Source: Deltaproteobacteria bacterium (GTDB lineage Bacteria; Desulfobacterota; GWC2-55-46; JADFVP01). From it: 64,000 nt of DNA. The notes beneath the pieces were generated by a model. That model was not told where the DNA came from, made no database searches, and saw nothing but the letters and a program-made list of their open reading frames with translations. This document shows positions 27,825 through 37,755 of this stretch, piece after piece. The translations under genes and the position numbers were made by a program. Every line of letters begins with the position of its first letter. The stretch's first letter is position 1. Location of the stretch: positions 16,312-80,311 of the forward strand of contig JAJCZH010000023.1 in assembly GCA_029262515.1 (NCBI GenBank), in the 5' to 3' direction.

Positions 27825-30551
27825 CTAAAAGAGGGTTCCTATGGTAAAGTCCCATTGCTGCGTCTTTTCACCGGTCCTGGGGTCGAGGTTGATACCGAAT
27901 TCGAGTCTCAGCGGACCCATGGGCGAGAACCAGCGCAACCCGGCCCCCGCTCCTGTCCTGATATCTTTGAAATCGATCTGCCCGTCGTAAGTGTTTCCCG
28001 CATCGAAGAAGAGCACGCCTTTTATCTTCTGCGCCTCAATCAGGGGAAAGACGAATTCGGCATTGGCGACTACCTTTGTGGTTCCGCCGATAAGGTCGCC
28101 GGTGGCTTCATCCTTCGGGCTTATGGTTCGTGTTTCAAAACCCCTTATAGAGTTCAGGCCTCCAAGAAAGTAACGGACGTATACCGGCGGTTCTTTCTCG
28201 GAGTGGCCTTGAACGTAACCGAGCGAGCCGCGAAGAGAGAATGTCGTATCGAGTGGAAGAGAGAAGAACTTTACCAGGTCTCCTTCGTATTTTATGAAGT
28301 AGGTAGTTCCTCCGAGCGGTCCGCCGGCAAGTTCGGTGGAGAAGTTTGCTACGACGCCTTCTGACGGGAAGAAGGCGTCGTCACGCGTATCGTGGCGCGC
28401 AGAAACCTTGATGCTCGACTCCGTATTTATGCCTTTCTGTTCCTGAATGAAGCTCGATGCCGTATCGGCTATTTCAGAGACGTTAATATCCTCCAGCTTG
28501 TAGCTAACATATCCGCGGGTATTTTTCTTGTAGAGCGGAAAACCCGCACGCAGTCCAAAACCCTTTTTGGCAATTGTGAAGTCGGGGTACTCTTTTATGG
28601 TGTTATAGAGGTCTATGCCTGCGGAGATCGGTTTGTCAAAGAGCCACGGTTCGGTCAGGCTAACTACGTAGTTCGATGATGAGGCGCTTTTTGTGCCCGA
28701 GATGTTAAGCTTAATCCCAGTGCCCATGAAGTTGTCTTGCGCTAGCGAAGCCGTTGCAATGATCTTGTCGACCGACGAGTAACCCATACCGATGGAGATA
28801 GAGCCCGTAGGCCTCTCTGTTACCTCTATGTCGAGTTTGATCTTGTCATCACCGGAACCCTGGCTCCTGCCGATCTTGACTGAGTCGAAGTAGCCGAGGC
28901 GGCGCAGGTTGTTACGCGACCGTTTAACCTCCGAGGTCGAGTAGAGGTCTCCTTCCTCGGTCTCAAGCTCTCGCCTGATAACCTTGTCGCGCGTCCTGGT
29001 GTTACCGGACAGATCTACACGCTCTATGTAGACCAGTTCGTTTTTTGTGAAGTTAAAGTCGATATCTATAGTGCGCTGCGTTTCGTCAACCCTTGTGCGG
29101 GGCAATATTTCAGCGTAAGCGTAACCTTTGTCTCCATAAAAGTCTGTGAGCTTGTCTATATCGACAGCGAGTATACTCCTGTTGAAGACCTCACCGGGCG
29201 CGGTTTTCAGCAGCTCCATAAGTTCGCGTTTTGTCGCAAGAAGGTCTCCGGAGACGTCAATCTCACTGATGCTGTACTGGGGGCCTTCATCAATCGCTAT
29301 AGTTATGTAAAACCACTTTTTATCTTCACTGAGCAGTACCCTGCGGTCGGTTATATCGGCCTTGATATAACCGTTGTCAAAGTACTCGCCCATTATAAGG
29401 CTGAGGTCATTATGAAAGAGGAACTCATCGAAACGGTTCGACTCCGAAAAGAGGCTTAGTAACCAGGTCTCTTTCGTTGTCATTACCTTCTTCAGCTTCT
29501 TATCGCTGAGAGCCTTGTTGCCGATAATTGTGATACGCCTTACCCGGACTTCGGAGCCCTCTTCTATGTTGAAGACTACGGTTGCATCTACACCGTTCGA
29601 TTCTATCTCGGTGGTAACCTTGGCGAGGTAGAAGCCTTCACTTTCGTAGTACGCCTGCAGTATCTCCCTGTTCTCTCCAAGAAGCACCCGGTCGAGCACG
29701 TTATTGGAGCTTAGCGTGAGCATTGTTCTTAAAGTATCTTCCGTAAGCTCTTTATTGCCTCTCAGTTCTATCTCTCTGATAAAGGGGAGTTCTTTTACCG
29801 TAAACGTCAGTACCTTGCCGGAGGCGGTGTCCGAGAGGTCAGCGCTAACATCATCAAAGTAACCGGTAGAGTAGATTGAGCGAATATCCTCTCGTACGTC
29901 GTCAGGAGAGTAAGTGGAACCTATGCGGCTTGAAACCTTGCGTATAATAGCGGCGCTGTCGACGCGAATGTTTCCTGCGATATCAATCAGGTCGATGGTT
30001 CCTGAACGAATTGTCGGCCTTGCCCTTACGGTGTCGGTCATCTTTTTGTAGATCGCTTCGCCCCCTGCTTCGATCTTGCGTAGCAGCTCCGCAACCGAGA
30101 CCGAGCTGTAGTAGTAGAGTGAGAGGCTCTCTTTGGCCACGATATCGAGTACTCTGATATCTACGTTGGTCGTGGCGCCGAGCTTCGTAACCGAACCGAG
30201 AATCGCAAAGTCGGCTCCCGCTTTTGCCGCTATTTCGAGGGCGGTAGTTTCGTCGAAGCCATCCACCTTATCTTTAACGACAAGCTGCTTGAGCACGTCC
30301 ATGCCGGTTATCTCGGCTCCAGCGCCAGCAAGCGTCTGTGCTACCGAGTTCATTACGTTCTTGCGCTCTACGCGTATATCGGTAGCCGAATGCATCTCAA
30401 ACGGCACTACGATAACCTTGAGCTCGGAAGCGTATGCAGGGCCTGTAGCGTAAAACCCGCAGAGTACGGCGAGCAATACCAGGGAGAAAAAGGTCGTGGC
30501 GGTCTCTTTTGTTTTTTTTATGTTCAAGTCCTGATTCTCTGTTATCTTCAT
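27825..30551 (-). CDS. bamA: outer membrane protein assembly factor BamA with an extra N-terminal domain
   Basis: POTRA repeats begin around residue 185. The Omp85 barrel ends ...FDFTIGTLF. At 908 aa it is about 100-140 aa longer than usual. Confidence 0.9.
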   Translation of the reverse strand: MKITENQDLNIKKTKETATTFFSLVLLAVLCGFYATGPAYASELKVIVVPFEMHSATDIRVERKNVMNSVAQTLAGAGAEITGMDVLKQLVVKDKVDGFDETTALEIAAKAGADFAILGSVTKLGATTNVDIRVLDIVAKESLSLYYYSSVSVAELLRKIEAGGEAIYKKMTDTVRARPTIRSGTIDLIDIAGNIRVDSAAIIRKVSSRIGSTYSPDDVREDIRSIYSTGYFDDVSADLSDTASGKVLTFTVKELPFIREIELRGNKELTEDTLRTMLTLSSNNVLDRVLLGENREILQAYYESEGFYLAKVTTEIESNGVDATVVFNIEEGSEVRVRRITIIGNKALSDKKLKKVMTTKETWLLSLFSESNRFDEFLFHNDLSLIMGEYFDNGYIKADITDRRVLLSEDKKWFYITIAIDEGPQYSISEIDVSGDLLATKRELMELLKTAPGEVFNRSILAVDIDKLTDFYGDKGYAYAEILPRTRVDETQRTIDIDFNFTKNELVYIERVDLSGNTRTRDKVIRRELETEEGDLYSTSEVKRSRNNLRRLGYFDSVKIGRSQGSGDDKIKLDIEVTERPTGSISIGMGYSSVDKIIATASLAQDNFMGTGIKLNISGTKSASSSNYVVSLTEPWLFDKPISAGIDLYNTIKEYPDFTIAKKGFGLRAGFPLYKKNTRGYVSYKLEDINVSEIADTASSFIQEQKGINTESSIKVSARHDTRDDAFFPSEGVVANFSTELAGGPLGGTTYFIKYEGDLVKFFSLPLDTTFSLRGSLGYVQGHSEKEPPVYVRYFLGGLNSIRGFETRTISPKDEATGDLIGGTTKVVANAEFVFPLIEAQKIKGVLFFDAGNTYDGQIDFKDIRTGAGAGLRWFSPMGPLRLEFGINLDPRTGEKTQQWDFTIGTLF

Positions 30552-30571
30552 TTATGCTTATGCTGGAACGA

Positions 30572-31255
30572 TTAAGCTTTCAATTCTTCGGCGATCTTTC
30601 CATCGACCATCCGTATGGTACGCGAAAGTTTTTCGGCCAGGGTTTCGTTATGCGTAACCACGACAAGCGCGGTTGAGCGTTCCCGGTTTATCTTTAGAAG
30701 CAGCTCAAAGACCTCCTCAGCCGTAACCGTGTCGAGGTTGCCGGTCGGCTCGTCGGCGAGTACGACGTCCGGGTTCTGTATAAGGGCGCGGACTATCGCG
30801 GTACGTTGCTGCTCTCCTCCTGAGAGTTCACCCGGTTTGTGCGAAAGCCGGTTTTTAAGTCCCACCGAGTCGAGTAACTCCGAGGCGCGCACTATCGCTT
30901 CGTCCCTTGAGACCCCGCCGATGAGCGCCGGCAGCATCACGTTTTCGAGTGAGGTAAACTCCGGCAGCAGGTGGTGCGACTGGAAGACGAAACCTATGGA
31001 GCGGTTCCTGAACCTGGCCAGACTCTTTTCGTCGAGCGAGGTGGAGGGTTCGCCCCGGTAGAAGACCTCTCCGGTTGTGGTACGGTCGAGTGCGCCCATG
31101 ATATTCAAGAGCGTCGATTTGCCAACCCCTGACGCTCCGACTATTGCAGTGGTCTCGCCGGACTCGATTCCGAGATCGATACCGCGCAGCACCTCCACAG
31201 TCGAACTTCCCCTTATATATCTTTTGCAGACTGCCTTGAGGCTGATCAGTTCCAT
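30572..31255 (-). CDS. lolD: lipoprotein-releasing system ATP-binding protein
   Basis: Walker [29 protein letters not shown]. Confidence 0.85.
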   Translation of the reverse strand: MELISLKAVCKRYIRGSSTVEVLRGIDLGIESGETTAIVGASGVGKSTLLNIMGALDRTTTGEVFYRGEPSTSLDEKSLARFRNRSIGFVFQSHHLLPEFTSLENVMLPALIGGVSRDEAIVRASELLDSVGLKNRLSHKPGELSGGEQQRTAIVRALIQNPDVVLADEPTGNLDTVTAEEVFELLLKINRERSTALVVVTHNETLAEKLSRTIRMVDGKIAEELKA

Positions 31256-31270
31256 CTGTTTGCGTACCTC

Positions 31271-32590
31271 CTATTCGTATCTGAGGCCTTCGACAGGATT
31301 GAGTCTTGAGGCCTGGTACGACGGGTAGACGGTCGCAAGAAAACTGATGGAGACCGATATGGCCACGATAATAAGTACGGTAAGCGGTTCTACCTCGGAG
31401 GGCAGTTTGTCAATATAGTAGACGGACGGGGGTAGAACCTTGAAGTTGAAGGTTTGTTCCACTATCGAGACTATCCCCTCGAGGTTCATTGCCATTGTTA
31501 TGCCAGCGATCGTTCCGAGTAATGTGCCGGTGAAACCGATTACGAGCCCCTCTATCATGAAGATCCTCATTATGCCGCTCGAGGTCGCACCCAGGCTCTT
31601 GAGTATGGCTATGTCCCGGTTCTTCTCCATCACTACCATGATGAGCGTACTGATTATGTTGAGTGCGGCAACGAGTACTATGAGAGTCAGGATTATGAAC
31701 ATGGCTACCTTCTCGAGCTTCAGGGCAGAGAAGAGGTTTCTGTTCATCTCCATCCAAGTCCGCGTCCAGTGGTTGCCTTTAATGGCAAGGAGGATATCGT
31801 CAGCTATCTTTTCAGCCGCATAGATATCATCTATCTTCACCTCTATGCCGCTTACGGTATCGCCTAGCCTGAAGAACTTCTGCGCGTTCTCAATAGAGAC
31901 GAAGGCCATCGACGAGTCGTACTCGTACATTCCGAACTCGAAGATCCCGGTGACCGTAAAGGAGGTCATTCTCGGCACGGGTCCCGCAGGCGTCATAGTA
32001 CCCATGGGCGAGATGACGTTCAGGCGTTCGCCTACTTCGACTCCGATACTCTTTGAGAGCTCCGAGCCTATGATTATCCCCGGAAGCGTCGCTTTTATTC
32101 CGTGCTTTTCGTCACCTTTCGTCTTCGGGGCCGTGGTTTTGTCGACCTTTCGGGTCTCTCCGAAGCCGATTTCTATGCCCTCCATGGAGCCTTCGATTAT
32201 CCGTTCGGGAAGTACGGTTACATCTGCGACCGTGGCCGGGTCGAGCCCACGGATAACCGCTCCGGTTGAACCTTTACCGCCCGAAAGCATGGCCTGGGAG
32301 TATGTGAAGGGGCTGGCGCCCTTAACTCCCTCCACGGTACGGACTGTTTCGGCCAGAGTATCGTAGTCGCCGATCCCGTTGCCGAAGCCTACCACCACAA
32401 CATGGGCGTTGAGCCCCAGTATCTTCTCTTTCAGCGTCTCTTCAAAGCCGTGCATCACCGAGAGCACGACTATAAGCGCCGTAACACCGACCATTATACC
32501 GATGATGGAGATAAAGGTTATAACGGAGATAAAGGTCTGCTTCCTTTTTGCTTTAAGGTAGCGGAGCCCTATGAATAATTGATAAGACAT
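31271..32590 (-). CDS. lipoprotein-releasing system permease (LolC/LolE family)
   Basis: MacB/FtsX-type topology: TM1, large periplasmic domain, then 3 TM. It is adjacent to lolD. Confidence 0.8.
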   Translation of the reverse strand: MSYQLFIGLRYLKAKRKQTFISVITFISIIGIMVGVTALIVVLSVMHGFEETLKEKILGLNAHVVVVGFGNGIGDYDTLAETVRTVEGVKGASPFTYSQAMLSGGKGSTGAVIRGLDPATVADVTVLPERIIEGSMEGIEIGFGETRKVDKTTAPKTKGDEKHGIKATLPGIIIGSELSKSIGVEVGERLNVISPMGTMTPAGPVPRMTSFTVTGIFEFGMYEYDSSMAFVSIENAQKFFRLGDTVSGIEVKIDDIYAAEKIADDILLAIKGNHWTRTWMEMNRNLFSALKLEKVAMFIILTLIVLVAALNIISTLIMVVMEKNRDIAILKSLGATSSGIMRIFMIEGLVIGFTGTLLGTIAGITMAMNLEGIVSIVEQTFNFKVLPPSVYYIDKLPSEVEPLTVLIIVAISVSISFLATVYPSYQASRLNPVEGLRYE

Positions 32591-32634
32591 AGGCGAATGG
32601 TTTGAAAGCCTTGGACTTATTGGTTTTGTGTCAG

Positions 32635-34113
32635 TTAACTCGACCGTAACTGCGGAAACAGTATTACGTCGCGGATAGAGGCTGAGTCCGTTAATAACAT
32701 GACGAGCCTGTCAATGCCGATGCCTTCTCCTGCTGTAGGGGGCATACCGTACTCGAGCGCCCTCAGGTACTCCTCGTCCATGTGGTGAGCTTCGTCGTCT
32801 CCGGCCTCGCGCTCTGCAATCTGGGCCATAAAACGCTCTCTCTGATCCACAGGGTCGTTCAGCTCGCTAAAGGCGTTTGCTATCTCGCGTCCCGCAACCA
32901 TCAGCTCGAAACGGTCTACGACGCTCGGGTCCCCATCATTCTTTCTGGCCAGAGGAGAGACTTCGAGCGGGTAGTGCGTGATAAAGGTCGGCTGAATGAA
33001 CTTCGGTTCGGCGACCGACTCGAATATTTCTATGATTACCTTGTCGTGGCTGAACTTGTCCGATAGCTCCAGTCCGATAGACGCGGCGAACTTCTGCGCT
33101 TCTGCTTTATCTGTAAAGATGGCAATATCCGCATTAGAGTGTTCGGTAATCGCGTCTTTTACGGATACGCGTCTCCACGGCGGGGCAAAGTCGAGTTCGG
33201 TCCCCTGGTATGTTATGGTAGTTGCGCCGCAGATATTCTGAACGAGCGAGCTGATCATCTCTTCTGTCAGGTCCATAAGGTCGTCGAACGTGGCGTACGC
33301 CTGATAGAACTCCAGCATGGTGAACTCTGGGTTGTGCTGAGTGCTGATCCCCTCGTTACGGAAATTTCTATTGATCTCGAAAACCCTTTCGAGTCCCGCA
33401 ATTATCAGCCTCTTTAAGTAGAGTTCCGGGGCGATACGCATGTAGAGTTCCATGCCGAGCGCGTTGTGGTACGTCTTGAACGGTTTTGCCGCCGCTCCGC
33501 CCGGAATCTGCTGGAGCATGGGCGTCTCTACCTCAACGTACTCTCTTGAAGAGAGAAAGTCGCGGATGAAACGAACGATCTCGCTCCTCTTGGCAAAGAC
33601 CTCCTTTACGCCGGGGTTTACCATAAGGTCTACGTAGCGCTGGCGGTAGCGCGCCTCGACGTCGGTAAGGCCGTGCCACTTTTCCGGTAACGGACTAAGG
33701 CCTTTTGCAAGAGGCGCGTAAGTGGCGGCCTCTATCGTAAGCTCGTCCGTGCGGGTTCTAAAGAGCGTACCGGAGATACCTACAATGTCGCCGACGTCGG
33801 CTTTTTTGAAGAGCGCGAAGGTCTCTTCACCGACGACGTCCTTCTTGACATAGGCCTGCAACCGTCCGCTTCTATCCTGAATATGGATAAAGGAGGCCTT
33901 GCCGAAGTCGCGCTTGGCCATAATGCGCCCGGCTATGGAGAGGTTGTCCTTTTTATCCTCAAGGGCCGCAGCGTCGAGGCCGTCAAAGTTTTCGATGATG
34001 AAAGCGGTAGTCGCCGACGGTTTAAAGTCGTTCGGGTACGGCTCTATACCGCTATCTTTAATCGCCTGCAATTTTTCGAGGCGAGTATTAAATTCCGCAC
34101 TTCTTTCGTCCAC
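32635..34113 (-). CDS. lysS: lysyl-tRNA synthetase (class II)
   Basis: OB-fold N-domain, FRNEGIS, GGAAAKPF, class II motif 3. The start is GTG behind AAGGAG. Confidence 0.95.
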   Translation of the reverse strand: MDERSAEFNTRLEKLQAIKDSGIEPYPNDFKPSATTAFIIENFDGLDAAALEDKKDNLSIAGRIMAKRDFGKASFIHIQDRSGRLQAYVKKDVVGEETFALFKKADVGDIVGISGTLFRTRTDELTIEAATYAPLAKGLSPLPEKWHGLTDVEARYRQRYVDLMVNPGVKEVFAKRSEIVRFIRDFLSSREYVEVETPMLQQIPGGAAAKPFKTYHNALGMELYMRIAPELYLKRLIIAGLERVFEINRNFRNEGISTQHNPEFTMLEFYQAYATFDDLMDLTEEMISSLVQNICGATTITYQGTELDFAPPWRRVSVKDAITEHSNADIAIFTDKAEAQKFAASIGLELSDKFSHDKVIIEIFESVAEPKFIQPTFITHYPLEVSPLARKNDGDPSVVDRFELMVAGREIANAFSELNDPVDQRERFMAQIAEREAGDDEAHHMDEEYLRALEYGMPPTAGEGIGIDRLVMLLTDSASIRDVILFPQLRSS

Positions 34114-34435
34114 TGGAAAAACTCCTTCTTGGTGCTTTAAGATAGATAGGTCCTACCGGTTATTAATGGTCAACGGCAGCCATTTCACATGGCATGCGCC
34201 GGAGGGGAAAAATACCGTTAAATTCACAGGTTAACTCCATTCAAACGGAATAATCAAAAGTATCGTATTTGCTGCGGAGAGTCAAGGCAAAAGCCATCAC
34301 TTTAAGGCGTGCAGGGAGGTTTTAATGTGCTTGCCGGAGTCTATTGCAGGTTATAGCATTAAGGAGTTGTGGAGCAAAGAGCTTTGACCTTGCGTTTGTC
34401 CTGTGTTCAGCTACTGCAGGAATAAATAGTCCTGA

Positions 34436-35542
34436 CTAGAACCGGAGCGGAGCGCACTCTTTGCCCGCGCTCTCGGCCACGTTCGGGTGGGTGACCTGCC
34501 CCATGCGTATATTGACGCCGCGCTCAAGCGACGGGGTCGATTTTACTGCCTTGTTAAAACCGAGTTCCGCTATCTGCATAATGTAAGGAAATGTGGCGTT
34601 GGCGAGCGCAAGAGTGGAGGTGTGCGGCACCGAGCCCGGCATGTTGGCTACGCCGTAGTGGATAACCCCGTCTATGTCGTAAGTCGGCTTCGAGTGGCTC
34701 GTCTGCACAATCGTTTCAACACAGCCCCCTTGATCGATCGATACGTCAACTATTACGGAACCTTTCTTCATACCGGCTACCATCTCCCTGGTTACGAGCT
34801 TCTGGGTCTTTGCCCCGGGCATGTGGACCGCTCCTATAAGCAGGTCGCAATCAGTAACAACGTGCTCTATGTTGAGAGAGTTGGAGTGGAGCGTGTGCAC
34901 GCGGCCTCTGAAAATATCGTCCAGATACCGGAGCCGGTCATGCCCCCGGTTGATTATGGTTACGTCTGCGCCGAGCCCCACCGCCATCTTTGCGGCATTG
35001 AGGCCGACCACACCACCGCCGATAATCGCCACGCGCCCCGGCTCTACTCCGGGCACGCCGCCTAGCAGCACTCCGGCTCCGTTATTCTGTTTCATCAAGT
35101 GATGAGCGCCGACCTGAACAGAGAGCCTTCCGGCTATCTCGCTCATGGGGGTGAGTATCGGAAGTTGTCCGTCCTCGGTCTCTATCGTTTCATACGCTAC
35201 GGCGGTGCCGCCGGAGCGGAGCAGTTCGTCTAAGAGCCTTCGGTTTCCGGCAAGGTGGAGGAAGGTGAAGAGCAGGAGGCCGTCTTTTAAGTGGCGGTAC
35301 TCCTCTTTGAGAGGCTCTTTTACCTTTAAGACCATCTCCGCGCGGTCCCATATAGGGGTGCTCTCTTCTATTATCTCGGCCCCGGCTTCTATGTACTCCT
35401 CATCGTTGAAACCGCTGCCGATGCCGGCCCCGGTCTCTATCATTATGTGGTGTCCCGACTCTTTTAGCGCGCGCGCAACTGCCGGGATCATGGCTACACG
35501 ATATTCGTTATCCTTTATCTCCTTCGGAACCCCTATCTGCAT
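34436..35542 (-). CDS. ald: alanine dehydrogenase
   Basis: MQIGVPKEIKDNEYRVA N-terminus and NAD motif IIGGGVVG. Confidence 0.9.
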   Translation of the reverse strand: MQIGVPKEIKDNEYRVAMIPAVARALKESGHHIMIETGAGIGSGFNDEEYIEAGAEIIEESTPIWDRAEMVLKVKEPLKEEYRHLKDGLLLFTFLHLAGNRRLLDELLRSGGTAVAYETIETEDGQLPILTPMSEIAGRLSVQVGAHHLMKQNNGAGVLLGGVPGVEPGRVAIIGGGVVGLNAAKMAVGLGADVTIINRGHDRLRYLDDIFRGRVHTLHSNSLNIEHVVTDCDLLIGAVHMPGAKTQKLVTREMVAGMKKGSVIVDVSIDQGGCVETIVQTSHSKPTYDIDGVIHYGVANMPGSVPHTSTLALANATFPYIMQIAELGFNKAVKSTPSLERGVNIRMGQVTHPNVAESAGKECAPLRF

Positions 35543-35585
35543 CGTTTTAAAACCTCTTTTTGGTTAATATCGTCTATCCATTCTT

Positions 35586-35624
35586 TATAGAGCAAAGCTA
35601 CCAGTATAGAGCAAAGCTACCAGT
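35586..35624. repeat. perfect tandem duplication of a 19-bp unit upstream of ald
   Basis: ATAGAGCAAAGCTACCAGT occurs twice back to back (35587-35605 and 35606-35624). Confidence 0.9.
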
Positions 35625-35655
35625 TTTAACTCAATGCGTCAACCGCCAAACAAGT

Positions 35656-36783
35656 CTACTTTTGCGGGCCTTGTATGAGCGGAAGTACTTCGCGTTTCAG
35701 GTACTCGACATCGTGCTCTATCTCGCGTTTGTCCTTTCCTGCCATGCCGTGCGTGCTCTTGGGGTCGCGCAACTTGTCAGAGTAGAAGAACTCGAAGTTG
35801 GTCTCAAGGTACTCTTTCGGTATTGAGTCCGGAACATCCGTTCCGTTCATGATGGCCCATGTAAGCGCCCATGCGCGCGCAACGTTGCTCATATTGTAAC
35901 CGCCTCCACCGAGTCCCACCCACGGCAGTCCCGTCTCTGCAAAGAACCGTACCATAGCCTCAAAGCCGTTGGTAGAAAGGTTGAGGTGCGTTATAGGGTC
36001 GGTGTAGAAGGTATCGACTCCGAGCTGAGTTACGAGTACGTCAGGCGCGAATTTTTCGAGCGCGTCGGGTACGATCTCCATAAAGGCATCGACAAATTCG
36101 GTGTCGCAGGTCTCGGGCGGAAAGGGCATGTTCAAAGCATAACCCTTGTACCTGTTCATGCCCCTGTCCGTAACGGCGCCCGTGCCCGGAAAGAGCCACT
36201 GTCCGCTTTCGTGGAGCGAGATAGTGAGTACCCGGTCGGTTTCGTAGAAGGCGTACTCGACCCCGTCTCCGTGGTGGGCGTCGATATCTACGTAGGCAAC
36301 GCGGGCTCCGAGCTCTACCAGCTTCTGTATTGCAATCGCTGCGTCGTTGAAGTAACAGAAACCGGAGGCACGCGCCGGCATGGCGTGGTGGAGGCCGCCC
36401 GAAATATTGAAGGCCCGGTCAACTTCGCCGCTTGCGACCAGTTCTGCGGCCTGAACGGACGCTCCCGTGGAGAGGCACGACCAGTCGTAGAGACCGTTAA
36501 AGACAGGGTTGTCTCCTGCGCCGATACCGTGCGCCTGGCCGTCTAACGGTATCACTCCGGTGTCGGCTTCATTTATAATGTCGATGTACTTCCGGGTATG
36601 GAACAAGAGCAGTTCTTCTGTTGTCGCTCTGCGTGCAGGCAGTATGACGGAGTCCGGAAGTTCCGAAAGGCCGAGCGCCGTAATCAGTTCGTAGGTGAGC
36701 GTAAGCCTGAGCGGCTTCATTGGGTGGCCCTTGCCGTAGTAGTAAGAGCCGAGCTTTTCCGAATAGATAAAGGCTGTGCTCAT
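35656..36783 (-). CDS. histone deacetylase-family protein (AcuC/acetoin utilisation-like)
   Basis: Class I HDAC motifs GGLHHA and DIDAHHGDGVE. Confidence 0.85.
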   Translation of the reverse strand: MSTAFIYSEKLGSYYYGKGHPMKPLRLTLTYELITALGLSELPDSVILPARRATTEELLLFHTRKYIDIINEADTGVIPLDGQAHGIGAGDNPVFNGLYDWSCLSTGASVQAAELVASGEVDRAFNISGGLHHAMPARASGFCYFNDAAIAIQKLVELGARVAYVDIDAHHGDGVEYAFYETDRVLTISLHESGQWLFPGTGAVTDRGMNRYKGYALNMPFPPETCDTEFVDAFMEIVPDALEKFAPDVLVTQLGVDTFYTDPITHLNLSTNGFEAMVRFFAETGLPWVGLGGGGYNMSNVARAWALTWAIMNGTDVPDSIPKEYLETNFEFFYSDKLRDPKSTHGMAGKDKREIEHDVEYLKREVLPLIQGPQK

Positions 36784-36976
36784 ATCCTCATCCGTAAGGT
36801 TGTAAGCCTGTTGTATGCTTGTGACAATAGAAGGGCCGGTTAACGGCCTCTTTGTTATCGGTGACTCGGAGGCGAAACAGTATTATGCAACAGGTGGATC
36901 CGGGGTGGCAAGAGAAGAAGACGTTTCAAGCGAAGCATTTTCAAAGAAGTCTTTCAGCCTTTTTAGGTGATATATT

Positions 36977-37654
36977 TTACCTGTCTTTATGCGCCTCGCT
37001 GCCCGGCCCACGAAGGAGCGTCTGTCTAGGGTTGAGTTTGATCGAGTTGTCTTTTAACGGGCGGAACTTCTTCATAAGGTCGAGCCGTCCCTGTGCCTTG
37101 AGCCTACCGTGGATTCTGGTCCAGGCGCAGTCGTTTTCCGTCAGGACTTCGCACTTGCCTCCGGATACGCCGCCGCACGGGCCGTTTAGCATATCTTTCG
37201 GGCACTCGGTGTGCGGGCAGATGCCGGCCGTCTCAGTTAGTACGCACTCCCCGCAGAGCGAACAGCCCTCGAAGAAGCGCCCGACCCGTTCAACCGAGGC
37301 GAGGTAGAGCGAGTCGAGTGCAGGCAAGACCGGAGTGGTTTCGTCAACCGAGTCAGCTACCGTCTTGACTCCGGCTCCGCAGGAGAGCACCAGCACGGAG
37401 TCGGACTCTTTTATTTCGGGGACCTTGCGCACCTCGCGCCTGGCGAGCTGCTCGTAGCATGTCTCGTCAACGAGAGAGTGGCCGGTGACCTCGAAGCCGT
37501 TTTCGGTCAGGGTGGCGGTCATCTGCTCGATCTCTTCTATGCCGCCTGTTTTGCACTGCTCGGCGCAGGTATTGCACCCGAAGAGGTAGACTGATTTATA
37601 ACCCTGAAGCGACTCTATTATGTCATTCGGGTCTTTCTTTTTAGTGATTATCAT
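36977..37654 (-). CDS. methylenetetrahydrofolate reductase C-terminal-domain protein (MetV-like)
   Basis: Cys-rich core CSLCGECVLTETAGICPHTECPKDMLNGPCGGVSGGKCEV...CAW, typical of the MTHFR_C domain. Confidence 0.7.
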   Translation of the reverse strand: MIITKKKDPNDIIESLQGYKSVYLFGCNTCAEQCKTGGIEEIEQMTATLTENGFEVTGHSLVDETCYEQLARREVRKVPEIKESDSVLVLSCGAGVKTVADSVDETTPVLPALDSLYLASVERVGRFFEGCSLCGECVLTETAGICPHTECPKDMLNGPCGGVSGGKCEVLTENDCAWTRIHGRLKAQGRLDLMKKFRPLKDNSIKLNPRQTLLRGPGSEAHKDR

Positions 37655-37755
37655 CTTGAAACCTCCGATTTTACAGCCGGACTTCCTGTTTAATGGAAGG
37701 CCGGGCTCTGGGTGGGTCTTTCGGTGGTATTGGAAGCTGTCTTAGCTCGAATCTG

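Noticed and set aside
34114-34435. The 322-bp lysS upstream region, considered as a possible T-box or lysine-responsive leader.
   Set aside because: I could not find a specifier-loop, T-box or L-box consensus sequence. The region may simply hold the ald terminator and the lysS promoter.
35586-35624. The tandem 19-bp repeat, considered as a degenerate CRISPR or minisatellite.
   Set aside because: There are only two contiguous copies with no spacers and no cas genes. It is reported instead as a possible regulatory duplication.
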